DNA from: Candidatus Gottesmanbacteria bacterium GW2011_GWA2_43_14
GTDB lineage: Bacteria > Patescibacteriota > Microgenomatia > 2-02-FULL-39-11
DNA length: 64,000 bases
Reading direction: 5' to 3'
Assembly (NCBI GenBank): GCA_000999095.1
Contig: LCFP01000001.1
Location: 74,230-138,229, forward strand
Position numbers and translations under genes: made by a program. Shown piece after piece: positions 1 to 9,273 of this stretch (the stretch's first letter is position 1; the number at the start of each line of letters is the position of its first letter). The notes below the pieces were generated by a model. The model did not search any database, was not told the DNA's origin, and saw only the letters and a program-made list of their open reading frames with translations.

Positions 1-612
1 ATTGGGATTGAGAAAAGAAAGTATCCGCTGCTTCTGGTAATCCTTTAAAATCAGCCATAAACCGGGGAGAAAGACGGTAAATGTCAGAAGACTTAGACTG
101 ATATATCTTAAATTCAGACCGCCGGCAATCAGCATGGCGAAAAAAAAGATACCGTAGACGATAGTGTTGCCCAGATCAGGCTGAAGGAATATCAGCATGG
201 CAACGGGGATGAAAATTGCCGTCAGAAAAAAGAGATTCCCTGTCCGTCCGAGATCCCTACGGCTGATAACATGGGCAAAAACGAGCATTAACAGCGGTTT
301 AAGAATCTCTGACGGCTGCAAAATAAAAAGGCCGAAATCTACCCAGCGGTGGGCACCCCTGATTTCTGGCAGCATAAACAGAATGACCAGAAACATGAGA
401 GTCAGGCCGTAAATAATTATGGAAAATCTGGACCATAGCCTGTAATCTATCGATAAAAATAATAAGTATGCCGCCAGTCCCAAAGCAAAAAAAACTGCCT
501 GGTGCAAATATTCACTGGTTCCGGTTGAAGCCAGTACAAAAAAACTTATCCCGGATAGTCCCAAAGACGGTATTAAGAGAAAAGGATCAATTCGTCTGAA
601 CAAACGGATCAT
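1..612 (-). CDS. rodA: Rod shape-determining SEDS protein RodA (5' part; runs off the window edge)
   Basis: Not in ORF track. Manual translation from ATG at 612 (ATGA overlap with ileS stop): MIRLFRRIDPFLLIP...EIRGAHRWVDFGLFILQPSE...LIFLQPDLG...LKDYQKQRILSFLNPN, typical FtsW/RodA motifs. A separate ftsW lies in dcw. Confidence 0.88.
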   Translation of the reverse strand, partial: MIRLFRRIDPFLLIPSLGLSGISFFVLASTGTSEYLHQAVFFALGLAAYLLFLSIDYRLWSRFSIIIYGLTLMFLVILFMLPEIRGAHRWVDFGLFILQPSEILKPLLMLVFAHVISRRDLGRTGNLFFLTAIFIPVAMLIFLQPDLGNTIVYGIFFFAMLIAGGLNLRYISLSLLTFTVFLPGLWLILKDYQKQRILSFLNPN

Positions 613-3536
613 GCTTTGGAGAGACTGTCACTGCTGCCCTTAGTCAGAGAAACTGCTAATGTTTCGTTTTTAATGAAATCGGCATAATCATCCGGGTACT
701 CTTTTAATGTTAAATTTATCCTGTCAGTCAAACCCAGTCCGGCAGTTTTTCTCATCAGCTGGATATGACGGACTGCTTCCCTGGCCTGTCCTTCCTTATC
801 CAGTGTTTCCTGACTCACCTTTACCTCTTTTTCCGGGTATTGCAATTTTCCGTTCACGAAAATATTTTTAACATTCAATTCATCTAGCACGATCTGCCAA
901 ATCTTAGGCAGAAGGTCAGTCTTGTCGTCGAAATCCAGCTCAAGACGCGCCAGCGGTATCCTGACTTTGACTCCCATAGATTTTCGCAACGCATGCCCTT
1001 TTTCGACAAGCCTGCGTGCCAGACTCATTCCGGCTGCCAGTTTTCCGTCCAATTCATCCTTATTTGACATGGGCCAGGAAGCCAGATGGACCGATTCTTC
1101 ATCTGTCAGATTCAGATAGATCTCCTCGCTGAGAAAAGGTACAAAAGGAGCCAAAAGGCGTGATAGTTCCACCAGAACGCGGTATAAAGTACGGTGGGTC
1201 TGAAATTTGTCTTCCGTATTATCAGCTGAAGGGCCTACCCTTCCCCGTGACCTCCTGACGTACCATTGGGACAAGTCGGTGACAAAAGCGGCTATGGAAC
1301 TGGCTGAAGTGGCCGCATCATACCTCTCCAGTGATTTTCCGCAGACTTCAATTGTTCTGTTCAATTCCGAGAGAATCCATCTGTCCAGGACATGACTGCT
1401 GGACTTGAGTTCTTTTTCAGGTTTGAAACCGTCGATAACGGCATAAGTAATGAAAAAATTGTAAATATTCCATAACAGCAGGTGAAAGCTTCTTCTGCTT
1501 TCGTCTGCTTTCCGGTAACCGAAAAGCATATTAAGCTCCGTATTGTGGCCGGCGAACATCCATCTCATGACATCGACGCCGATAGTATCAGCCCCCTGGT
1601 TGAAATCGATGGCATTGCCCCATGATTTATGCATCGGTCTTCCGTCTTCCCCCAAAACAGAAGCATACCCGAGAACTGTCTTAAAGGGATTCTTCTTTTC
1701 CAGGGCACTCGACATGGCAATCATTGAATAGAACCAGTTTTTAAACTGTCCGGGGAAAGATTCGGTGATAAAGTCAGCCGGAAACCACTCCTGCCAGTAT
1801 TTTTTATCTGTCGTATAACTCAGTTTTCCGCTTTCAGAATCAACATATGTGGAATAGGGCACGATGCCGGCGTCCAGCCAGACATTGCCGACATCATTCA
1901 CTCTTGATACAAGTTCAGAACATTTGGGGCATTTGATCTTTACTTCGTCAATAAAAGGTTTATGCGGGCTGCGGCCTTCAAATTTGTCCCAACCTTCAAC
2001 CGCCCTTTTTTTCAGTTCTTCAAATCCTCCTATTACTTCATAATTGCCGCATTTCCCGCATTCATAGATCGGCAGCGCCAATCCCCAATAACGGTTCTTT
2101 TTGCTGATCAGCCAGTCATGCATATTCTCCAGCCAGTCTAGCTCCCGCTCCAGCCCGAACTTGGGATGCCAGTCGATCATGCCGGCCGTTTCTTTCATCA
2201 AAGCGCGGAAGGTTTTTCCTTTACTCTCGCCTTCGCTTCTCTCGGGTATATCCATGCCTATATACCACTCTTCGGTCACTTTCCAGACCAATTCCGTTTT
2301 ACAGCGCCAGCAGGCCGGATAGCGGTGGGTGTAATTTTCAATTTTCCAGGCGAAGCCTTCATTCTGCATGTAATCCAGGATGATTTCCGGATGTTTTTTG
2401 GCATTTTTTCCCGTCAGAAAATCCAATCCGTCCAGGTAATCGGCATTGTCGGCAATCACCGGGATCATCGGCAAACCCAATTTCCTGCCCAGGGTAAAAT
2501 CCTCCTGTCCGGCGCTGACCGCCGTATGCACAAGACCTGTCCCTTCGGCGGCTGATATGGGCATGATCTGGGGATCGGTGGGGATGACGCTGTGAAAAAG
2601 GGCATGACCGGCGACATTGCCAACTGCCGGCAGACTGTCAAATGCACCTTTGTATTTAAGACCGGTAAGCTTGGTACCTTTTACTTTTTTTACGGTTTTG
2701 GCATTTTTGCCGAAAAGCCTTTCTGCGGCTTGGCTGATAATCCAGTATTTTTCTCCCTTATCATCTTCAACCAATATATAATCAACGTTTTCATCAACAG
2801 CCACGGCTATATTGGCCGGAATAGTCCAGGGAGTTGTCGTCCAGACCAAAAGGTACTCATGCTGACGGCCTGCGACCGGAAAACGCATGTAGATCGATTT
2901 ATGGGTAAGTTCCTTGTAGTCTTCAGTCAGCATCTCATGCTGGGAAATGGCTGTTTCGCAGCGGGGACACCAGGGAACGCTGTCCGGGCCTTTGTAAATC
3001 CAGTCTTTTTCATGGCAGGTCTTCAGAAAATGCCAGATCATGTAATTGTTCTCGTCCGACATGGTGTAGTAGGAATTGTCCCAGTCCATAAAGTAACCCA
3101 GCCGCTTGCTTTGTTCCGTCTGGATAGCGCTGTACTTTTTGACCCGGTCTTTGCAGAGTTGGACGAATTTAGCCACAGATGCCTTGGAATCTCCCGGCAC
3201 CAGATTTTCTATATCCCTTTTGTTGCGGATCCCCAGCTCTTTTTCTACTTCCACCTCCACCCACAATCCCTGGCAGTCGAAGCCGTTCTGGAATCTTTGG
3301 CGGTAGCCTTTCATATTGAAAAACCGCTGCCAGAGGTCTTTATAGGTCCGGCCCCAGGCATGATGGACACCCATCGGGTTGTTGGCGGTGATCGGACCGT
3401 CCAGGAAGGAAAAACGCTTTTTGGAGGACTTGTTTTTCTCCAGGTATTTTTCGACGATACCCTTTTTTTGCCATTCTTCCAGGATTTTCTTTTCCATTTC
3501 CGGAAAATTCACATTAGCTGTGACTTTTTTAAACAT
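609..3536 (-). CDS. ileS: Isoleucine--tRNA ligase, type 2 (IleRS2)
   Basis: DGPITANNPMGVHHAW (HIGH region), GFDCQGL, WTTTPWT editing motif, DWLISKKNRYWG, PMHKS (KMSKS region), WYVRRSR; no C-terminal zinc finger. Confidence 0.97.
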   Translation of the reverse strand: MFKKVTANVNFPEMEKKILEEWQKKGIVEKYLEKNKSSKKRFSFLDGPITANNPMGVHHAWGRTYKDLWQRFFNMKGYRQRFQNGFDCQGLWVEVEVEKELGIRNKRDIENLVPGDSKASVAKFVQLCKDRVKKYSAIQTEQSKRLGYFMDWDNSYYTMSDENNYMIWHFLKTCHEKDWIYKGPDSVPWCPRCETAISQHEMLTEDYKELTHKSIYMRFPVAGRQHEYLLVWTTTPWTIPANIAVAVDENVDYILVEDDKGEKYWIISQAAERLFGKNAKTVKKVKGTKLTGLKYKGAFDSLPAVGNVAGHALFHSVIPTDPQIMPISAAEGTGLVHTAVSAGQEDFTLGRKLGLPMIPVIADNADYLDGLDFLTGKNAKKHPEIILDYMQNEGFAWKIENYTHRYPACWRCKTELVWKVTEEWYIGMDIPERSEGESKGKTFRALMKETAGMIDWHPKFGLERELDWLENMHDWLISKKNRYWGLALPIYECGKCGNYEVIGGFEELKKRAVEGWDKFEGRSPHKPFIDEVKIKCPKCSELVSRVNDVGNVWLDAGIVPYSTYVDSESGKLSYTTDKKYWQEWFPADFITESFPGQFKNWFYSMIAMSSALEKKNPFKTVLGYASVLGEDGRPMHKSWGNAIDFNQGADTIGVDVMRWMFAGHNTELNMLFGYRKADESRRSFHLLLWNIYNFFITYAVIDGFKPEKELKSSSHVLDRWILSELNRTIEVCGKSLERYDAATSASSIAAFVTDLSQWYVRRSRGRVGPSADNTEDKFQTHRTLYRVLVELSRLLAPFVPFLSEEIYLNLTDEESVHLASWPMSNKDELDGKLAAGMSLARRLVEKGHALRKSMGVKVRIPLARLELDFDDKTDLLPKIWQIVLDELNVKNIFVNGKLQYPEKEVKVSQETLDKEGQAREAVRHIQLMRKTAGLGLTDRINLTLKEYPDDYADFIKNETLAVSLTKGSSDSLSKA

Positions 3537-3543
3537 GAGTTAT

Positions 3544-3549
3544 ATTATA
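3544..3549 (-). promoter_or_regulatory. Putative -10 box (TATAAT) 7 nt before ileS ATG; likely leaderless transcript
   Basis: Minus strand reads TATAAT-ATAACTC-ATG with no SD. Confidence 0.6.
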
Positions 3550-3599
3550 GTTAATAGCATGCCTGAATTAAAGCCGGGCAGATTGTTGCGTAAATTTTA

Positions 3600-4643
3600 A
3601 TGCGGATTGCTTATATTGATATTGCCCGGGGACTGGCGATTATTGCCGTAATTGCCTCTCATACCGGTTATTTACCCTTCTCAAAATTTTTAGCTCCCTT
3701 TATCAATGCATGGATGATACCTGTTTTTGTAATTTCCGGCGGTCTGCTATTCAAACCGGATTCCGGCATATTTGTTTTTATTCAAAAGAAGTTTAATAGG
3801 CTTATTGTTCCCTATATTATGCTATTTAGCTTGAGTCTGATCGGATGGTTTTGGATAAAAGACGGTTATTCAAAACCAATGCTGGTTTTAACTTTAAAAG
3901 ATGTATCAGAAGGCTTTTTAAATGGTCAGGGAATAATATTTAACGGACCTTTGTGGTTCTTTCCGCCATATTTTCTGGCGTTAATTTTAACGCGCCTTAT
4001 ATTCCCCTTCTGGAAAATTATCGGATTAACCGGTAAATTAATCGTTTTGTTATTTATAGCGGGGATATTTGTGATTATATTGCAGCCAGGCACAAAACTC
4101 TTTTTTTCTTATGACTTATCCGTTTTATTCCTGTTTTTAATTTTATTTGGCCGGTTACTGGCTGATTTAAAAATAAATCTCAAATTTTCAGTTACGTTTT
4201 TTTCGATATTGCTGTTGGTTTTAATCGCAGGTTTATACCTGACTGGAGATACAAATATCTACAGCAAAAAATTCAATTATCCGATTCTTTATGTAATCAA
4301 TTCAATTCTGGCATCACTTTTAATTTTATCTTCAGCCACATATTGGGAAAAATTCGGAAGTTTCGCAGTCATTCAAAAATTGGGAAAGTATTCATTAATT
4401 CTTATGTCTCTCCACTGGCCTATCATGCAATGGATGACATACTTAATCAGCTTGACCGGTGTAATAAATCAGTTTAATACGGTTCCGACTTCGACCAATT
4501 TCTTTATCCCCTCCGAAGGACCCAGTTTCGGTCTTACTTTAATTAGAATTAGCTTATTTTCACTCTATTTGCTGGTTCCCATTGCCGCCACGATGCTAAT
4601 CATCAATCTGTGGATAAGACTCAAAAATCTGATATTCAATTAA
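3600..4643 (+). CDS. Acyltransferase family 3 (AT3/OafA-like) membrane O-acyltransferase
   Basis: RIAYIDIARGLAIIAVIASH, PVFVISG, LWFF, LGKYSL..MSLHWP motifs; about 10 hydrophobic segments. Confidence 0.88.
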   Translation: MRIAYIDIARGLAIIAVIASHTGYLPFSKFLAPFINAWMIPVFVISGGLLFKPDSGIFVFIQKKFNRLIVPYIMLFSLSLIGWFWIKDGYSKPMLVLTLKDVSEGFLNGQGIIFNGPLWFFPPYFLALILTRLIFPFWKIIGLTGKLIVLLFIAGIFVIILQPGTKLFFSYDLSVLFLFLILFGRLLADLKINLKFSVTFFSILLLVLIAGLYLTGDTNIYSKKFNYPILYVINSILASLLILSSATYWEKFGSFAVIQKLGKYSLILMSLHWPIMQWMTYLISLTGVINQFNTVPTSTNFFIPSEGPSFGLTLIRISLFSLYLLVPIAATMLIINLWIRLKNLIFN

Positions 4644-4644
4644 C

Positions 4645-5793
4645 TTATACTCTCAAAGCGAATGAAGACTTATCGGGGTTATCAAGAAATAAATATTTTA
4701 GTTCTCGCTCTTTTTCAAATACAAAAATAGGAAATATTCTTGAATCGTCTCCTGTACTCGAAGAGGTAAATCCTCTATACAATAATTGCATTTCAGGTCC
4801 ATGTCCTGAAAATATATAATATATCCAGTCTGCTAAATATAACTGCCTATATTCATGTTTAGTTGGATTATTAAACATATTTGATCTCATTTTCTGAACT
4901 TCTTCAAGCGTTATTTCATAACCAAAAGTATTTTGAAGCCAAATAATAAATTTCTTTTCTGATTCTTCAAAATTTTCTCCTTTTTTATGTAATGTCATTT
5001 TTTTATTAGGTACTTCCTCAGATTCTGCAAGATCTCTTAATAAAATTAATCCTTTATCATTTAATGCATACCATAATTCTGTCATATAATACATCTGTTC
5101 ATCCGTTAAATAATGTCCAATTACGTCTGCAAAAATAAGATCGTAATTGCTTTCATCTTCATTATCTGGGTTAAATACTTTTTCTACACCTAAGGAAATA
5201 TCAAATAGGTCCTTTTGACGTGTATTTACAGTTATTTCTTTCCAATAATCTGATTCATAATATTGCTTGATAATTTCTAATGGACCTGCCGACAAATCAT
5301 AAATGTCAATCTGGCTTTTGAAACCATACTTTTGCAATCGGTCTATTAAGCTTACAGCAGTATAAATACTAATACATCCAGCTAGCATAATACGATTTGC
5401 TGTGGCGATTTTAGTTTTAATTTTTTCTGAGACGCCTGAGCTGACAGCAGCTTCATTTGTTGAAATTAAATCAAGAATATCACTAGCTGCACCTTCTGTT
5501 TCAACGACTGCAACATTCGGAGTAAGTGAATCAGGAAAAGGCGTTTTAATGATCTCACCCGAGTATTTACTTTGTGATTTTTCTATATTACTTAATGTGA
5601 TTCCACCACCATATTTATATAAATACCATAATTGAGCTAAAGGACTATGGAAAGTATCACCGAATGGTCCTATTTGTAATTCATTTCTCCATTTTATAGG
5701 CTTACTTTCTTTTCCACCAGTAAATAAGCCTGTTAATTTGTTAACAATTCTGGTTTCAATAGGAATTTGAGTAGGTATTTCAAATTTAGACAT
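4645..5793 (-). CDS. Hypothetical protein, possibly a divergent class I SAM-dependent methyltransferase
   Basis: 382 aa, very AT-rich. Rossmann-MTase-like order: IMLAGC / IDIYDLS / DLFDI / YDLIFADVIGHYL / LNDKGLILL. Confidence 0.55.
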   Translation of the reverse strand: MSKFEIPTQIPIETRIVNKLTGLFTGGKESKPIKWRNELQIGPFGDTFHSPLAQLWYLYKYGGGITLSNIEKSQSKYSGEIIKTPFPDSLTPNVAVVETEGAASDILDLISTNEAAVSSGVSEKIKTKIATANRIMLAGCISIYTAVSLIDRLQKYGFKSQIDIYDLSAGPLEIIKQYYESDYWKEITVNTRQKDLFDISLGVEKVFNPDNEDESNYDLIFADVIGHYLTDEQMYYMTELWYALNDKGLILLRDLAESEEVPNKKMTLHKKGENFEESEKKFIIWLQNTFGYEITLEEVQKMRSNMFNNPTKHEYRQLYLADWIYYIFSGHGPEMQLLYRGFTSSSTGDDSRIFPIFVFEKERELKYLFLDNPDKSSFALRV

Positions 5794-5799
5794 CCTGTA

Positions 5800-5805
5800 A
5801 TTATA
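5800..5805 (-). promoter_or_regulatory. Putative -10 box (TATAAT) 6 nt before ATG at 5793
   Basis: TATAAT-TACAGG-ATG. Confidence 0.5.
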
Positions 5806-5995
5806 TCCTATAATATTTTATAGAATCAAATCCTTGATGTAATTAATGATGATGAAGTTTTAGTTAATGAAGTGAAATTAACAATAAAAGTGAATTATAA
5901 TCATGCGAACAAAAAATGGAAGAAATGAATAGTTTTGTAAGTTCAAATTGTCAAAACCTTCCCAGAATTGGACTATAAACCCGTAGCAACTTAAT

Positions 5996-7099
5996 TTAGT
6001 GTTTTCCCTGCCTTAGGAAGGCGGGGATGTCCCATTCGTCGTCTTCACCATTATCCTGTCCTGCGGCAGGTGCCGGAGCGTTATCTCCTGATTCAGAAGT
6101 GTATGAAGATGGTTCTTTGACTGATAGCTGCTGAAGTCTTCTTTTGGTTTCGTCAAATCCGGTGGCGACTACGGTAATTTTGACTTGGTCAACCATCTGC
6201 TCATCAATGGTTGCGCCGAAGATTATATTGGCATCCTGGTCGACGGACGCGGCAATCAGTTTAGCCGCTTCATCTACCTCGGCCATGGTAAGATCCGCCC
6301 CTCCGGTGATATTGAACAAAACACCCTTAGCCCCGTCAACCGAGATTTCCAAAAGCGGTGAGGATATAGCCATCCTGGCGGCTGCTGAAGCCCGGTTCTC
6401 GCCTACTCCGGTGCCGATCCCCATCAAAGCCGACCCGGCGCTTTTCATGATGGTCCTGACATCGGCAAAATCAACGTTGATCAGACCCGGCATGGTAATC
6501 AGATCGGAAATGCCGGTCACGCCCTGACCAAGGACTGAATCGACTATTTTAAAGGCATCAACCAAAGTCATTTTTTTATCAACCACATCCAAAATCCTCT
6601 GGTTGGGTATAACTATCAAAGTGTCAACTTTTTCCTTAAGGTTTAGAATGCCTTCCTCACCAGTCAGCATGCGGCGCGTTCCTTCAAATGAAAAAGGTTT
6701 GGTGACGACAGAAATCGTCAGGGCATTGGTTTCCCTGGCAATTTCGGCAATAATAGGGGTGGCTCCGGTACCTGTCCCTCCCCCTTCGCCGCAGGTTAAA
6801 AAGACCATATCAGAATCGGCCAGGATTTCCTTGATTTTTTCGCGTGATTCCTCTGCCGCCTGGCGGCCGATTTCCGGATCTCCGCCTGCTCCCAAGCCTT
6901 TAGTCAAATCATCGCCAATCTGGATTTTAACGGGAGCGGTGCAAGTCATAAGAGCCTGGGCATCAGTGTTGATCCCGATAAAATCAACTCCCTGCACCTG
7001 GGTTGATGAAATCATGGAACTGACCGCATTGCAGCCGCCGCCGCCGATACCGATGACTTTAATTTTAGCGAATCTGGCTATATCAGGTTTAATCAGCAT
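5996..7099 (-). CDS. ftsZ: Cell division protein FtsZ
   Basis: GGGGCNA, GGGTGTG tubulin motif, INVDFADV, C-terminal DIPAFLR. Confidence 0.99.
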   Translation of the reverse strand: MLIKPDIARFAKIKVIGIGGGGCNAVSSMISSTQVQGVDFIGINTDAQALMTCTAPVKIQIGDDLTKGLGAGGDPEIGRQAAEESREKIKEILADSDMVFLTCGEGGGTGTGATPIIAEIARETNALTISVVTKPFSFEGTRRMLTGEEGILNLKEKVDTLIVIPNQRILDVVDKKMTLVDAFKIVDSVLGQGVTGISDLITMPGLINVDFADVRTIMKSAGSALMGIGTGVGENRASAAARMAISSPLLEISVDGAKGVLFNITGGADLTMAEVDEAAKLIAASVDQDANIIFGATIDEQMVDQVKITVVATGFDETKRRLQQLSVKEPSSYTSESGDNAPAPAAGQDNGEDDEWDIPAFLRQGKH

Positions 7100-7105
7100 G
7101 ACTCG

Positions 7106-7128
7106 AACCTTTCCGGGCAGAAATTATA
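7106..7128 (-). promoter_or_regulatory. Putative ftsZ internal promoter (-10 TATAAT) and SD-like GAAAGGT
   Basis: TATAAT at 7128-7123, 23 nt upstream of ATG, with GAAAGGT in between. Confidence 0.5.
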
Positions 7129-7137
7129 TTTCATTAA

Positions 7138-7170
7138 GACTTTTTTTAAAAGTACTTTTTTAAAAAAGTC
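7138..7170. repeat. Imperfect 33-bp palindrome between ftsA and ftsZ
   Basis: GACTTTTTTTAAAAGTACTTTTTTAAAAAAGTC, centred on GTAC. Confidence 0.6.
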
Positions 7171-8496
7171 CTATGGAAGAAAAGATTTTACCAGATCAAC
7201 GACTTTTTTGACAACACCCTGAACCGGTACATTATCAACATATTTCGTCAGTCTTCCTAAAGAAAATTTTTCTTTGGCAGCCATCCCTGACTTGGCGCCG
7301 TATATCACCAGTCCTGCAGCTGCGGCATAAGAAGGATGAATGACTTCGTCGATTAGACCCGTGATATTATTGGGAGTACCGATCCTCACCTGCATGGCTA
7401 AATTCCGCCTGGCCGCCTCGATAATACCCAAAGTTTCTGCTCCGCCTCCGGCGATAACCAATCCGGCAGGAGTCAAACCGCCAAAACCGCTTTTTTTAAT
7501 TTCCAAACCCACCATGGTAAAAATTTCATTCAGGCGGGGCTTGATTATTCCGTCGATAAGCGTTTTTTTTGATACCTTGCTGACCCCCTCGCTCAGGTTT
7601 AATGAAGACAGGTCTATATCGTCGGCTGACTCATCTTTATGCCGGTCTTTTTTAGGTAGCGGCGTCTCTACAGGAGTTAATACCTGATGGTCCTGGCTTG
7701 CCTGGGTGGTTTTCTGGTTGAGTAAAAGTTTAATCTTTTCAGCACTCTCCAAAGAAATTCTCAGGCCGATAGCCAGATCGTTCGTAATATTTCTTGAACC
7801 TATCGGCAATACTGATGAATAAGCTAAAGCTCCGTCTATAAAAATACAGATGTCCATGGTGCCGGAACCAAGATCAACCATGACAACACCCAATTCCTTT
7901 TCCGTTTCCGTCAGAACAGAAGTTGCAGACGCCAATCCGTTAAAAACAAAACCGTCGACATCAACCCCAACCAGTGAAGCGCACTTCTCCAGGTTTCTGA
8001 GGCTGGTTGAACCTGCAGTGATTAAGTGTGTGTTTACTTCCAGCCTGACTCCGGTCATGCCTGCCGGATCTTTGATGCCTTCCTGGCTGTCTACGATAAA
8101 TTCACGGGGGATAACATGCAGAATTTCCCTTGTCGAAGGCATGGAAACAGCCCTCGCCGCATCGACTGCCCGCCTTACATCCTCCGGAGTAATTTCTTTA
8201 TTCGGTTCTGCCACTGCAACCACACCGTGGGAATTCTGTGAACTGATATGAGAGCCGCCTATGGAAAAAAAAGCTGAAGAAATGGAGTATCCCGCCATCC
8301 GTTCAGCCGCCTCAAGGCTTTGAACAACGCCAGTGGTTGCTTCTTCGATATCGACAATCTGGCCTTTGCGGATACCCCGGCTGGGATTGGTGGAGACGCC
8401 CATAATATTTACCAAACCGGTCTCAGGGACTGAGGCAATCAGGGTCGTGATTTTTGAGCTGCCGATATCAATTCCTGCGATAATCCTTTTAGTCAT
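7171..8496 (-). CDS. ftsA: Cell division protein FtsA
   Basis: GIDIGSSKI, DLGSGT, AGGGA actin-like motifs; directly upstream of ftsZ. Confidence 0.98.
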   Translation of the reverse strand: MTKRIIAGIDIGSSKITTLIASVPETGLVNIMGVSTNPSRGIRKGQIVDIEEATTGVVQSLEAAERMAGYSISSAFFSIGGSHISSQNSHGVVAVAEPNKEITPEDVRRAVDAARAVSMPSTREILHVIPREFIVDSQEGIKDPAGMTGVRLEVNTHLITAGSTSLRNLEKCASLVGVDVDGFVFNGLASATSVLTETEKELGVVMVDLGSGTMDICIFIDGALAYSSVLPIGSRNITNDLAIGLRISLESAEKIKLLLNQKTTQASQDHQVLTPVETPLPKKDRHKDESADDIDLSSLNLSEGVSKVSKKTLIDGIIKPRLNEIFTMVGLEIKKSGFGGLTPAGLVIAGGGAETLGIIEAARRNLAMQVRIGTPNNITGLIDEVIHPSYAAAAGLVIYGAKSGMAAKEKFSLGRLTKYVDNVPVQGVVKKVVDLVKSFLP

Positions 8497-8524
8497 TTTT
8501 ATCTTTTTATTCTGTTAAAATTTT

Positions 8525-9271
8525 TTATTCATTTTTTAAAATTACCAAAGGCTTATCGTAACGAAAATCTACAGCTGATATGAATTTCCCCTCTATTCTA
8601 AACCTTGAGATTATTACTTGTAAAGAGGCCGCCACAACCTGCAGCTCGCCCTGAAAAGGAATCTTCACATTTTCACCGTCTTCCAGCTGTAGAATGAAAA
8701 GTGAATCGTCATCCGAGATGGATATATTTTTTACCCTGATCTCGGATTTTGCCAGGGAAGTGATGTAATTTATGGCTTTGACTATCCGCCAATCCCCTTC
8801 ATCAGGCCTCAATAATAGACTCCGACCCGTGATTTCCGGCAAATCAACGCCGGTCTCGCTTTCGGCAGGTTTGCCTTCTGCATCCAGCATCAGCATTTTA
8901 TCCTTATAAAAAATCCGGGCAGCGGGCTTGCGCCATTCCGTAATAATTGTCAGGCTGTCGGGAAAGTTTTTATCGACGCTTATTTCCCTGATTAGGGGAT
9001 TAACCTTCAGTAATTTTTGTTTCAGTATTTCTTCATTTAAGGATATAAAATTTTCTTCTGACAAATCCGACAGGCCTCTGACTTCTTTTTTGGGGGTAAT
9101 AATAACCAGTTTTTTTATCCGGAAAAAATTATTAAGGAAAAGTAAGCTGCCGGCAGCTGCGGCTATAAAAAAAAACATAGCTGAAATATAAAGAATGGTT
9201 TTTGCATGCCTTAGCAAAACAATAATCGGCTTAAACTTGTCAGCTGATTTAATTTTATGCAAGGGATTCAC
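8525..9271 (-). CDS. ftsQ: Cell division protein FtsQ/DivIB
   Basis: Single TM followed by POTRA-like segment (NPLIREISVDKNFPDSLTI) and C-terminal VDFRYDKP; lies between murG and ftsA. Start moved to the in-frame GTG at 9271 just after the murG stop (track gives 9319). Confidence 0.8.
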   Translation of the reverse strand: MNPLHKIKSADKFKPIIVLLRHAKTILYISAMFFFIAAAAGSLLFLNNFFRIKKLVIITPKKEVRGLSDLSEENFISLNEEILKQKLLKVNPLIREISVDKNFPDSLTIITEWRKPAARIFYKDKMLMLDAEGKPAESETGVDLPEITGRSLLLRPDEGDWRIVKAINYITSLAKSEIRVKNISISDDDSLFILQLEDGENVKIPFQGELQVVAASLQVIISRFRIEGKFISAVDFRYDKPLVILKNE

Positions 9272-9273
9272 CG

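Noticed and set aside
197-412. 71-aa plus-strand ORF
   Set aside because: Antisense to the rodA frame, which carries clear SEDS motifs.
2592-3554. 320-aa plus-strand ORF antisense to ileS
   Set aside because: Lies almost entirely opposite a conserved essential gene, with no recognisable motifs; a shadow ORF.
3537-3599. T-box riboswitch upstream of ileS
   Set aside because: Only 63 bp of intergenic space, and the -10 abuts the ATG.
3600-5995. Mobile element or prophage at the AT-rich islet
   Set aside because: No integrase, transposase, terminal repeats or tRNA target recognised.
6144-8518. Several 60-186 aa plus-strand ORFs over ftsZ/ftsA (and similar ones throughout the window)
   Set aside because: Antisense shadows of conserved genes; no independent coding signal.
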